A stretch of 63,871 nt of DNA, the filler included, from Octopus bimaculoides (Eukaryota), in the NCBI RefSeq assembly GCF_001194135.2. It is 5 parts of 4 records of this genome, joined end to end, with 100 filler letters (N's around TTAATTAATTAA, not from the genome) between each part and the next. Parts side by side here need not be neighbours in the genome. Positions count along the whole stretch, not along the records: positions 23,538 to 54,583 come from NC_068983.1; positions 54,684 to 59,559 come from NC_068989.1; positions 59,660 to 61,656 come from NC_069001.1; positions 61,757 to 63,871 come from NW_026337347.1; 1 more part is not named here. One strand, written 5' to 3'. The position numbers and the translations under genes are program-made. Of the stretch, positions 52,285-63,871 are shown piece by piece. Numbering within the stretch: position 1 is the stretch's first letter; each line of letters opens with the position of its first letter. The notes beneath the pieces were generated by a model. That model did not search any database. It was not told the origin of the DNA and saw nothing but the letters and a program-made list of their open reading frames with translations.

Positions 52285-54583
52285 CCTGTGATACTTTTGG
52301 AGCTTTAATTAAAAGTATATTAGTCTACCTTTGCTATTCAAGTACTATATTTTTCCACCTTGACTTGCACTGATGTCCTCACTTCTGTATATGTGTGTGC
52401 GTGTGTGAATGTACGTATGTATGTAAATACGCACACACATATATTTACATACCTATACACACACACACATATATATANNNNNNNNNNNNNNNNNNNNNNN
52501 NNNNNNNNNNNNNNNNNNNNNNNNNNNNNNNNNNNNNNNNNNNNNNNNNNNNNNNNNNNNNNNNNNNNNNNNNNNNNNNNNNNNNNNNNNNNNNNNNNNN
52601 NNNNNNNNNNNNNNNNNNNNNNNNNNNNNNNNNNNNNNNNNNNNNNNNNNNNNNNNNNNNNNNNNNNNNNNNNNNNNNNNNNNNNNNNNNNNNNNNNNNN
52701 NNNNNNNNNNNNNNNNNNNNNNNNNNNNNNNNNNNNNNNNNNNNNNNNNNNNNNNNNNNNNNNNNNNNNNNNNNNNNNNNNNNNNNNNNNNNNNNNNNNN
52801 NNNNNNNNNNNNNNNNNNNNNNNNNNNNNNNNNNNNNNNNNNNNNNNNNNNNNNNNNNNNNNNNNNNNNNNNNNNNNNNNNNNNNNNNNNNNNNNNNNNN
52901 NNNNNNNNNNNNNNNNNNNNNNNNNNNNNNNNNNNNNNNNNNNNNNNNNNNNNNNNNNNNNNNNNNNNNNNNNNNNNNNNNNNNNNNNNNNNNNNNNNNN
53001 NNNNNNNNNNNNNNNNNNNNNNNNNNNNNNNNNNNNNNNNNNNNNNNNNNNNNNNNNNNNNNNNNNNNNNNNNNNNNNNNNNNNNNNNNNNNNNNNNNNN
53101 NNNNNNNNNNNNNNNNNNNNNNNNNNNNNNNNNNNNNNNNNNNNNNNNNNNNNNNNNNNNNNNNNNNNNNNNNNNNNNNNNNNNNNNNNNNNNNNNNNNN
53201 NNNNNNNNNNNNNNNNNNNNNNNNNNNNNNNNNNNNNNNNNNNNNNNNNNNNNNNNNNNNNNNNNNNNNNNNNNNNNNNNNNNNNNNNNNNNNNNNNNNN
53301 NNNNNNNNNNNNNNTATATATATATATATATATATATACACATGTACAAGCATATTATGGTTTACTCATAGCACAGTTTGATTCATTAGAAGTGGTTCGT
53401 TTTATTTTTACTTTCTTCAGTTCTTAAAATTTCTATCCTACACCCATCTACTCTTCTCTCCCATCCATTCTCCTTCTATTTCTCTGCCTCTCCCTCCCTC
53501 TCTCTCGCTCTCCCTCTCTCTCTCTTTCATACACACACTCACACACACTCTCTCACTCACTCACTATACACAGAAGTGTTTGAGATACTTCAAAAGTATT
53601 CCTTTCCTTAAACTCTGTTATATATCCAGGAATTTCTTGGAAATTCTGATATCCAACCACACATAAATATACACACATGCACACACTCACACACATTCAC
53701 GCAGACATGCCCGCGCACGCACGCACATGTACACACACACACACACATACACACACACACAGATGTAGCCACACTCATACTAGCTTTTTTCCAATGTAAA
53801 AGTGTTCGGCTGTCAGTGTGGATTTTGTTTATATTTGATTGTATAATAATTGATGTTGAAATGATACTAGATTAAAATGAGCTAAAGCTGGGATTAAAGA
53901 TAAGAGAGTGAAATGTATAGGGATAAGGGGAAAAGAAAGAGAAGAGAGGAGATGCAATAGAGATAAATATAGGCAGAGAGAAAGAGTGACGAGGCAGTTA
54001 AGACTTACACATGCATATGTACACACTTATCAATATATTCGTGTGAGAGTGTGTGTTTGTGCGTGCGCATGCGAACCCGTACATTAATAAATACATGTGT
54101 ATACGTACATACATACACTCATACAGACATGGTATATACACATACACCCGTACACACACGAAGACTCTTACACACGTTCGCACGCGCTCACTCACATAGC
54201 TGTGTGCAGGTATATGGTCGTATATATGAGCTGATGTGTATACACATAATGTATGCATGCACACACGTATATGTGTATATATATATATGTGTGTGTGTGC
54301 GCGTGTGTGGGTGTGTCTGTATGTATGTATATGTATATTATCTCTCTCTCTCTCTCTCTCTACCTCTCGTTGCTCACTTTTATTCTACTTCCTCCCCTCC
54401 TTTTCCCTCTGCTACTCTTTCTCTTCACACACCCTTGGTCACGTGTGTGCGGCTGCTATTTCTTTTCGTTCTTGGAATCACCAAGCTCGCACGTACTTCT
54501 TTGCCCCTCCTGCACGTGCTTCACAGCGTTCAAGACATACACACTTCACGTCTGGCTGTACAGCCCTTTTGTTTGTTTATTTC

Positions 54584-54683
54584 NNNNNNNNNNNNNNNNN
54601 NNNNNNNNNNNNNNNNNNNNNNNNNNNTTAATTAATTAANNNNNNNNNNNNNNNNNNNNNNNNNNNNNNNNNNNNNNNNNNNN
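54584..54683. other. Artificial scaffold spacer N44-TTAATTAATTAA-N44
   Basis: Same 100-bp structure as 23438-23537. Confidence 0.95.
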
Positions 54684-54718
<35 letters not shown>

Positions 54719-55804
54719 TCGTCGTCGTCCTCATCGTCGCCGTCATCTAACCTTCATTGAAAAGACTTATGGATCAGAGGCGTTCTAAACTGAACGGTTT
54801 CCGGTTTCATCGCCTTGTCCGCATCTTGAAAATATTCCGATCCTCTGTAGCTCTGAGACGCTACAGAATTGCACCAGGACATTATTGCCGCTTGTATCCT
54901 TCACAAACTCTTTATAGAACGCCTGAGATCACTATCTACTGACCACCTGGTCCAGCTAGGAGTGGGGATAGATAGTGCCTGACCCTGAACTCGGTTTGCA
55001 CTTGATCCACGAATGTCGTTCGATGGCAGGTTCAGGCAGTAGCTTGATTGAGATATAGAATCAAAGAAAGCATTAAAAGAAATAATTCGATTTGTGTATC
55101 TCGATGCATTCTTTTATTCGTATATTTTTCTCCATATTTCCATATTTCGGTCATTGGATTGCGGCCATACTGGAGTACCACCTTGAAGAGTTTAGTTTTA
55201 AAAAATCATCCCAATACTTATATTTTTTTATTTTTTTATTCTGATACTTGTTCTGTTGGCCTATTTTGCCGAACTGCTAGGTTACGGAGACATAAACAAA
55301 CCAGCATAGGCTATTAAGCGGTGTTGCAACAAGCACAAAGACACGCACGCATGTACACACAGAAATCACAGGGTAGTCATGGCCAGAACGCCTTTGATCA
55401 TAGGTTTGCTTGATCAGACGTGATCTGGGATTATACCACAACAAAAATCAACAGCAATGAATTAGAGAGTTTGCAAACTGTTTGAACTCTTCTCTAAGTG
55501 CTTACAATGACTGACTGACGTCATTTTAATTTTCAATTTGTTTTGCAAGAACTTTTATCTGAAATCAATATTATGTTGGAATTAATGTTGTCCGATTTGT
55601 CGATCGCCAAGAGTCAAAAATAACAGACCCCATAAACACACTAATTGTTTTTTGTCTACATTTAACTTCATAAACTAACATCAATTGATTTGGTAAAAGA
55701 AGTGAAATATAGACAAGCAGGAACCGGTGAATGTCTTTATAAGTTTTCTGAATTATAGGTTTTGTGAATTATAGGTTTTGTGAATTATGAATTATGACAA
55801 TTGG

Positions 55805-56260
55805 AAAACTGGCTGATTCGTTAAAACGTCGGAAAAAATTATTTGCAGTATTTCTGACGGTTGTTTGCGTTCTAAGTTCAAATCCCACTGAGGTCAAGGT
55901 CAACTTTGCCTTTCATAATTTCGAAATCGATAAAATAGATTACTAATCAAGTACTGAAAGTCGATATTATCGATTACTCTGCCTCCACTTCAAAACTGTT
56001 GGCCATGTGCTTAGATCAGAAACCCTTGAAAGATCAATATAGATCGGTGAATTCACGGAGTCGTTAGGGAGTGAGAGAAACTGCTTTGCGATATTTTTAC
56101 ATTGAGTTCAAATCACGCCGAGGTCAACTTCCATACGCTTCATCCTTTCGAGATTGATAAAATAAAATACCAGTCAAGTACATCGGTCGGCAATATCGAC
56201 TAATCCCCACCAAAATTCCATCAGAATTGCTGACCTTTCACCTAAATCAGAAACCATTAA
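55805..56260 (+). mobile_element. Tandem family B SINE copies
   Basis: Two heads with (C)TAAGTTCAAATCCC / GAGTTCAAATCACGCCGAGGTCAAC and CATCCTTTCGAG..GATAAAAT. Confidence 0.7.
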
Positions 56261-57339
56261 TAACGACTCTTCCCAGAATATAACAATAATGACGTTTATT
56301 CGTATTAGATTATTGATTGACGTCATAATTTCTAACAACCGTTTGTTAACATCACCACGAGATACTAGCGAAACAAATGTTTATTCCTACATCGGGAGTT
56401 ACAGTCCAGGCAATTTCATAGCGAATTTTGCTAAAACCGTTTTCAATCATCCTGTTTTTCTTTTATCAACTCTTATTCTTGATAAATCAACTTTTATTTA
56501 TGGTGTCGTTACTTGAAGTGCTCAAATGAATTCTAAGTTGAGGAAAATGTAAATATAGGGAAATAGTAAATATTCCTCAAAGCAAGGTATTTTGTAATAT
56601 TTGCATTTTAAGTATCTGGTTTATTTGAATATATTCTGTGCAAATTCTGTTGTCTCAAAAGTGTTACAAAGATGGTGAGCGCTAGATGTTTGTTTAAAAT
56701 GAATTCATCTGCACTGTCACATCTGCAAGTTTTTTTTTTTTTAATTAAATATAATGCAAGTTTATCTAAATATCCAACATTTATAAATTAAAGAGAAGGG
56801 GATTATTTTATTTCGTGATCAATATAGCTTGATAAACTGTTTTTAACGGTGTAAGTTAATGAAATGTAACAATAGAAATATCAAAATCAAATAAGCGGAT
56901 TAGAATACATTTTGAGACATATTATAAAAATCCGTGCTTGCCTTAGGAATTGAATTTTTTAAAAACGCTTCGAGTGGAAAAGCAAGCGAAAAATATGAAC
57001 ATTTTTATGACGTCAGTCCAACACCTTTAGGGAATAATCCTTCGCTTTAGAGTCAAAAGTTGGCTAAAATAAAAGCATTTTTCTCTCCCTGCATTACGAT
57101 TTCAAATATACCAGCAGTGGATTCAGCCATTCTATTTCTCTAGTTTCAATAAAATAAAAGCAAGGCACACGTTGCAAATGTTCTGGGATGCATTTTCAGT
57201 CCTCAGAGGATTTGGGGTCTTTCACCGTTACCTTCGCCCAGTTCACTCTCTGAAATTCATCAAGTTTCAGCAGGCATCTCATAATATCGAGAAATTATTA
57301 TACTACATTATATTACATTATATTATATTATATATTCTT

Positions 57340-58120
57340 TTCTACTCTAGGCACAACGCCCGAAATTTTGGGGGAGAGGGCCAGTTGATTAGATCAACCC
57401 CAGTACGCAATTGGTACTTAATTTATCGACCCTAAAAGGATGAGAGGCAAAGTCGACCTCGGCGTAATTTGAACTCAGAACGTAAAGACAGACGAAATAC
57501 CGCTAAGCATTTCGCCTGGTGGGCTGACGTAGCATATTATATCATATATATAAAGTAGTTAGATTATGCGAGATCAACGAACAAGGGGTACAACTTTTAA
57601 TAAAATAAAAAGTTGCGTCCCTTGCATCTTTTTTTTTATTACTTTTAAAATGTTAACCAAATTACTAAATGCCTTAAAATGGCAAAGAGCTGCCAGAATC
57701 GTTGTATTTCGCCGTATTTAGCCGTATTTCGCCCATCCTTATGTTCTGAGATCAAATTCTGCTGCAGTCGACTTTGCCTTTCTTTCTTTGGGAGTCGATA
57801 AAACAAATACGAGTTGAACATTGAGATCGATATAATCGACTTACCCTATCCCCCGAAATTGCTAGCCTTGTGCTAAAATTTCGAACCAATATTAAATGTC
57901 TTAATAAAGCGGAGAGCTGGCCAAATTGTTAGCACGCCGGGAAAAGTACTTAATAGTATTTCATCCGTCTTTGCATTCTGAGTTCAAATTCAACCGAGGT
58001 CGACTTTGCCTGTCGTCCTTTCTGACTCAATAAAATAAGTACAAGTTGGACATTGCAGTTGATATAATCGACTTAACCCCTTCCTCAAAATTGCTGGCCT
58101 TGTGTCAAAATTTGAAATCA
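57340..58120. mobile_element. Cluster of three family B SINEs (one minus at 57340-57530, two plus at 57685-58120)
   Basis: GGCAAAGTCGACCTCGGCGTAATTTGAACTCAGAACG (minus copy) and TTCTGAG(A/T)TCAAATT..GTCGACTTTGCC (plus copies). Confidence 0.75.
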
Positions 58121-58753
58121 AATATTTTAACAACATTTTGATTATAATTGTACATCCTTATTTCTTTCCGTTTTGTTTTTGCTGGGTTTTGGGCTTTTTC
58201 TTTGTTCGGCTTTTTTTTTTTTTTTTGCATCACAAGTTTTAATCGTTGTCAGCTGATAAACAAGCATTTTCCCCTCTTTTTTCCTTAATTCGACAGTGAT
58301 ATGAATATATTCATATCCTGTGCATAGCTAAGTGGTTTCATCCACAACCACGTGGTTGCAGTTGCGATCAAACAAAGCGATTGGTTCGGTGAGAATCTTA
58401 CATAAAAGTCTTAGATTGGCCAATACACAAGAGGAATCTTTGTTGTGTATTATTTCCAGTTTTTCTTGTTACAATTTAAGACAGCTCGGCCAGTGGACCG
58501 CGAAGTCTTGTATAAAACAAATAGAGAACAGGAATTTTCATTTTGAAAAGAAAGAAAAAAAAGAGAAAGCAATAAATGAATAAATAAATAAATAAATAAA
58601 AAAACAAAGAAAGAGAAAAGAAAGAATAAGGAATAAATAAGATAAAATAAAATAAAATAAAATAAAATAAAATAAATAGACCACACACTACTACACATTC
58701 ACTCGTCAATCACTCATAAAATCTTAATGCGGTTCAACACGAAACGTAAGAGA

Positions 58754-58851
58754 AATCTAGTTCGACGGAAACTGTGCGGAAACCCATTGTACACCCACCC
58801 ACGGCCACCCACACACAGCAGGCTTCCGCACGCTTTCCGTCAAACTAGATT
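58754..58851. repeat. 31-bp inverted repeat (27/31) with ~36-nt loop
   Basis: AATCTAGTTCGACGGAAACTGTGCGGAAACC versus the reverse complement of GGCTTCCGCACGCTTTCCGTCAAACTAGATT. Confidence 0.8.
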
Positions 58852-58972
58852 CCACTTATTATTTGCGTGTGTGTGNNNNNNNNNNNNNNNNNNNNNNNNN
58901 NNNNNNNNNNNNNNNNNNNNNNNNNNNNNNNNNNNNNNNNNNNNNNNNNNNNNNNNNNNNNNNNNNNNNNNN

Positions 58973-59003
<31 letters not shown>

Positions 59004-59559
59004 CGGGGAAAGAGGGACACGGAAAGAGCAAAATGAACCCAATACTGGTAACACAACAGCGTTCAATTGAATGGGAACATAAACTTCTTCACCCAGAACC
59101 AGCGTCTCGACATCGAATGTGGCTATAAGAGCAATTCTAATCGAGCTGTAATAGAGGTAGTAAGGGAGATAAACATATTTAAGCTTGAGACAGATTACAA
59201 AAACCCAGATTACAGAAAAAAAAGAAAAAGAGCTATATAATATCTTATTTCGCCAGCTATTTCAAGATGGGCGTAACTTAAGTAATAACCATATTTATTA
59301 GTAATATGTGCATGACGTCATAGATGTGTGACCAGTGACAAGTCCAGATGAAACGGTTAAAGTAAGTTAGGCCGTTCTTTTCAAGAACAGGGTAGCGTGT
59401 CTTCTAATATAGCGTCGGGTCGACCAAAGCCTTGTGAATAGAAATTGAAAGAAGCACATCGTGTGTATATATATATATAAATATATATATAAATATATAT
59501 ATAAATATATATATAAATATATATATAAATATATATATAAATATATATATAAATATATA

Positions 59560-59659
59560 NNNNNNNNNNNNNNNNNNNNNNNNNNNNNNNNNNNNNNNNN
59601 NNNTTAATTAATTAANNNNNNNNNNNNNNNNNNNNNNNNNNNNNNNNNNNNNNNNNNNN
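59560..59659. other. Artificial scaffold spacer N44-TTAATTAATTAA-N44
   Basis: Same 100-bp structure. Confidence 0.95.
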
Positions 59660-60529
59660 GGGCGGTGCTGTGAGGATGGATAAAATGTCGTCTTTTAGCT
59701 TTTGCATGTTTCAGTCATTGGGGTACAGCCATGCTGGGGCACTCCCTTGAAGGTTTTTAGCTGAACAAATTGACCTCCTCCCCCCCACCCTGCAAAAAAA
59801 AAAAAACTTCGTCTTTAACTAACTGGCACTCCATTGGTAATGAGGAGAGTTCCAATTGATCCAATCAATGGAACAGCTTGCTTGTGAAATTAACATGCAA
59901 GTGGCTGAGCACTCCACAGATATGGAGTAGTTCTCAGATAGATTCAGCATGACACAGATAGTGACACAGCTGGCCTTTTGAAATTCAAGTACAACACATT
60001 TTTACCAACTGAGGGAACTGGAGCAACATGAAATAAAGTGTCTTGCTCAAGGACACAGCACACCACCTGATATCAAACTCACGAGCTATTGATTGTAAGT
60101 TGAATACCCTAACCATTTAGCCACATGTGCTCAGCCATTTGCAAGTTAATTTCACGAGCAGGCTGTTCCACTGCTCTGATCAGCTGGGGCCTTCATTGCG
60201 GTAACCGACCAGTGGACTTTATAACAGAGCATGAATTTTTTATTTACTAAAATATCAACCATTTTTAATGTCATCTGTATTATTTAGATAACACTTCCAT
60301 ACTTCAATTGTTTCCACTCCATTTTGTCAATGACTGGCATCAGTTGTGTATCTGTTTTATCCCGCTCACTAAAGTACGATAAATAGATTTATTGTTTATT
60401 TGTTTCAGTCACTAGACTGCGGCCATGCTGGGGCACCGCTCTGAAGAATTTTTAGCTGAATGAATTGACCCCAGTACTTACTTTTTATGCCTTGTACTTA
60501 TTCTATCAGTCTGTTTGGCTGAACTGTTA

Positions 60530-60571
60530 AGTTACGGGAATGTAAACATACCAACNNNNNNNNNNCAAAAT

Positions 60572-60629
<58 letters not shown>

Positions 60630-60790
60630 CACACACATGACAGGCTTCTTTCAGTTTCCATCAAGCAAATCCACTCACAAGACTTTGGTCGGTCCGATGC
60701 TATAGTAGAAGACACTTGCCATGCAGTAGGACTGAACCCGGAACCCATGTGGTTGAGAAGCAAACTTCTTACTACACAGCCACGCCTGCA
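60530..60790 (-). mobile_element. Family A CORE-type SINE
   Basis: CTTCTTTCAGTTTCC..CAAATCCACTCACAAGACTTTGGTCGG..TATAGTAGAAGACACTTGCC..GGACTGAACCCGGAACC..AAACTTCTTACTACACAGCCACGCC. Confidence 0.8.
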
Positions 60791-61460
60791 GGGGAGGGTG
60801 GATGGGGTGACACACAGAATAATAGCATGACAAGAAGAAACGATATCTGCTATGGCATACTTGAACATAGATATCTACACAAGCCTCTCTTTCTCTCCCT
60901 ATCTCTGTTTCCCTATCTCTGTCTCCCTCACAAGGGCACACCACAAGATGCATAGACAAATGTAAGGAATGCAATAATGAGCTGATGTGATGATTATTAC
61001 CATAATTAAGGGGAGAGAGAGAGAGGTGTATGGAGAGGTACCAGATCAGGTTTTTTTAAGGTATCATTTATCAATGCTGAAGGGTGTGCCCTTATACTGT
61101 TAGGGAGAGAAAGAGGGGGAAGGGGAAAAGGAAAAGTGGGTGTTAATAACGTCCAAGGGTGTGTCCCTGTGTTAAGGGAGAGAAGGGAGTAGTGGGCTCA
61201 AGCCTTACATATAGGACATTTGGTAGTGTACGACTTCTGTTTACTAAAGTTGGGGGTGTTTAAGGGGATACAATATATATGTATGTGTGTCTATATATAT
61301 ATATATATACATGAATGGATATATGTGCGTGTGTGTATATATATATATATATATTTATTTATGTGTTTTAGCCAAGTGGCTGCGGTCATGCTGGTGCACC
61401 ACCGTTATATATATATATATTTTCCTCTTTCTCCGTTCTTCCATTCTCCGAACTTTCCAT

Positions 61461-61495
61461 CTTTCCGACGAAGGGCTACGCCCGAAACGTCATAC
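61461..61495 (+). ncRNA. Degenerate minimal hammerhead-like motif
   Basis: CTTT-CCGACGA-A-GGGC-TAC-GCCC-GAAA-C-GTC; perfect 4-bp stem II and ACGT palindromic stem III; U4 replaced by C; stem I partner lost. Confidence 0.45.
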
Positions 61496-61656
61496 ACTCT
61501 CTCTTTCCTTTCCTGAGCGTCCAATAATACTATCCATATCACGTCCTCACTTTGTTGTTTTTTTGTTATTGTGTTTTTGAACTATATATATATATATATA
61601 TATATAAATGAAAGGATATATGTACATATTTATATGAATGGATACATGCATATATA

Positions 61657-61756
61657 NNNNNNNNNNNNNNNNNNNNNNNNNNNNNNNNNNNNNNNNNNNN
61701 TTAATTAATTAANNNNNNNNNNNNNNNNNNNNNNNNNNNNNNNNNNNNNNNNNNNN
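61657..61756. other. Artificial scaffold spacer N44-TTAATTAATTAA-N44
   Basis: Same 100-bp structure. Confidence 0.95.
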
Positions 61757-62287
61757 ATATATATATATACGCATATATTGCAGTCAGACTGACTGGCAAA
61801 CCGACTAACAGACAAGTTGATAGATAGATATATACATACACATATACAAACATCCTACATAAATGCATAACATACATATGTACATACATATATACAAGTA
61901 TACATACATGTATGCATGCATACATACATACATGCATGCATACATACATACTTATATACATACATGCATGTATTCATGAATATATACATGAATACATGCA
62001 TACACACGAAGACAGTGAAATAGAAAAACAAATATAGTAAGAAGAATACATTTTATTTTTAACAAGGAAACTTTATTTAAATATATTTTATAATTAACAT
62101 ATACATATATTGATTTTCTCGTTGAATGATTTAGTGCCTTTTAATATATACACACCCACCCATACACATATGCATATACATACATATATTTAGGTATAAA
62201 TTCATTCATATGATATATGCATATACACGTACATATACATATGTATATAAATGTATACTTAGGTATATGTATATATATATATCTGCA

Positions 62288-62333
<46 letters not shown>

Positions 62334-63871
62334 NNNNNNNNNNNNNNNNNNNNNNNNNNNNNNNNNNNNNNNNNNNNNNNNNNNNNNNNNNNNNNNNNNN
62401 NNNNNNNNNNNNNNNNNNNNNNNNNNNNNNNNNNNNNNNNNNNNNNNNNNNNNNNNNNNNNNNNNNNNNNNNNNNNNNNNNNNNNNNNNNNNNNNNNNNN
62501 NNNNNNNNNNNNNNNNNNNNNNNNNNNNNNNNNNNNNNNNNNNNNNNNNNNNNNNNNNNNNNNNNNNNNNNNNNNNNNNNNNNNNNNNNNNNNNNNNNNN
62601 NNNNNNNNNNNNNNNNNNNNNNNNNNNNNNNNNNNNNNNNNNNNNNNNNNNNNNNNNNNNNNNNNNNNNNNNNNNNNNNNNNNNNNNNNNNNNNNNNNNN
62701 NNNNNNNNNNNNNNNNNNNNNNNNNNNNNNNNNNNNNNNNNNNNNNNNNNNNNNNNNNNNNNNNNNNNNNNNNNNNNNNNNNNNNNNNNNNNNNNNNNNN
62801 NNNNNNNNNNNNNNNNNNNNNNNNNNNNNNNNNNNNNNNNNNNNNNNNNNNNNNNNNNNNNNNNNNNNNNNNNNNNNNNNNNNNNNNNNNNNNNNNNNNN
62901 NNNNNNNNNNNNNNNNNNNNNNNNNNNNNNNNNNNNNNNNNNNNNNNNNNNNNNNNNNNNNNNNNNNNNNNNNNNNNNNNNNNNNNNNNNNNNNNNNNNN
63001 NNNNNNNNNNNNNNNNNNNNNNNNNNNNNNNNNNNNNNNNNNNNNNNNNNNNNNNNNNNNNNNNNNNNNNNNNNNNNNNNNNNNNNNNNNNNNNNNNNNN
63101 NNNNNNNNNNNNNNNNNNNNNNNNNNNNNNNNNNNNNNNNNNNNNNNNNNNNNNNNNNNNNNNNNNNNNNNNNNNNNNNNNNNNNNNNNNNNNNNNNNNN
63201 NNNNNNNNNNNNNNNNNNNNNNNNNNNNNNNNNNNATATATATATACACACACACATATACGATGGGTTTTCAGATAGTTCCTTCGACCAATATTCACGC
63301 AAAATTCATTGGCCTGTTTGAGGTTATAGGAAAATTCATCCACAAAACAGACTCGGCTGTGGCACTGTGCCCATCACCATATGTTTACGAACGCAACTTC
63401 CAAAGGGCACACCCCTCGGTGCTACTATTTAAGTATGTATGTATGTATGTATGTATGTATGTATGTATGTATGTATGTATGTATGCATGTATGTAGCATG
63501 TATATGCTTATGAATTTATGAAAAGAAATTATTTCGAAATTACAAGACAAATATTTTTGCGACAAAATATATTCTACTGTCCAAAAGATTTTAAAAGATA
63601 TTTTATTGTAGTAAATTTTACACCTGAGTATATGATGTAAGGTAAAAGCTGATCGACGGTGATACATTTCAATGTAAACATATAACACACATAAATATTA
63701 TCATTATATACACCATTGCAACATATCTGCACGTCGCACGCACTCACAATGAACTTGTACATGCATTTGAAGAGACGTTGTGTAATTTTATATAAGAAAC
63801 AAGCATTTGAGGGAAATATTTTGTGTACATATGTATTATATGTGTATGTATAAATATATATATATATATAT

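Noticed and set aside
54735-55030. GC-richer stretch after (GTC)n that might be a retroelement or exon
   Set aside because: All frames are interrupted and no motif could be assigned.

Overview
Repeat-dense, AT-rich animal DNA with long (TA)n/(CA)n/(GA)n/(GATA)n/(ATC)n microsatellites and many N gaps. The SINE, mariner and Helitron families look like those I recall from a coleoid cephalopod (Octopus-like; inference, not verified). The window is not one locus: four identical 100-bp spacers (N44-TTAATTAATTAA-N44) join five separate scaffolds (1-23437, 23538-54583, 54684-59559, 59660-61656, 61757-63871). I could not confidently identify any host protein-coding gene; nearly all listed ORFs are microsatellite or N read-throughs or transposon fragments. 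Well supported: two full-length decayed mariners with TA target duplications plus four partial ones, DD37D (maT-like) transposon pieces, an internally deleted Ty3/Gypsy remnant with 3' LTR and PPT, an L1/Tx1-type LINE with poly(A), RTE and CR1-like LINE fragments, three SINE families, several MITEs and a 91-bp mini-Helitron. Best leads: (i) a minimal type-I hammerhead ribozyme motif with an intact core and enlarged stem II (42509-42623, minus) plus three degenerate relatives; (ii) an 88-bp-arm near-perfect palindrome related to a nearby 300-bp GGG...CCC MITE; (iii) a 65-nt tandem double-hairpin array with covarying stems inside an RTE-tailed SINE; (iv) a candidate recursive splice site or terminal exon on scaffold 1. 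These are candidates, not a demonstrated new system.
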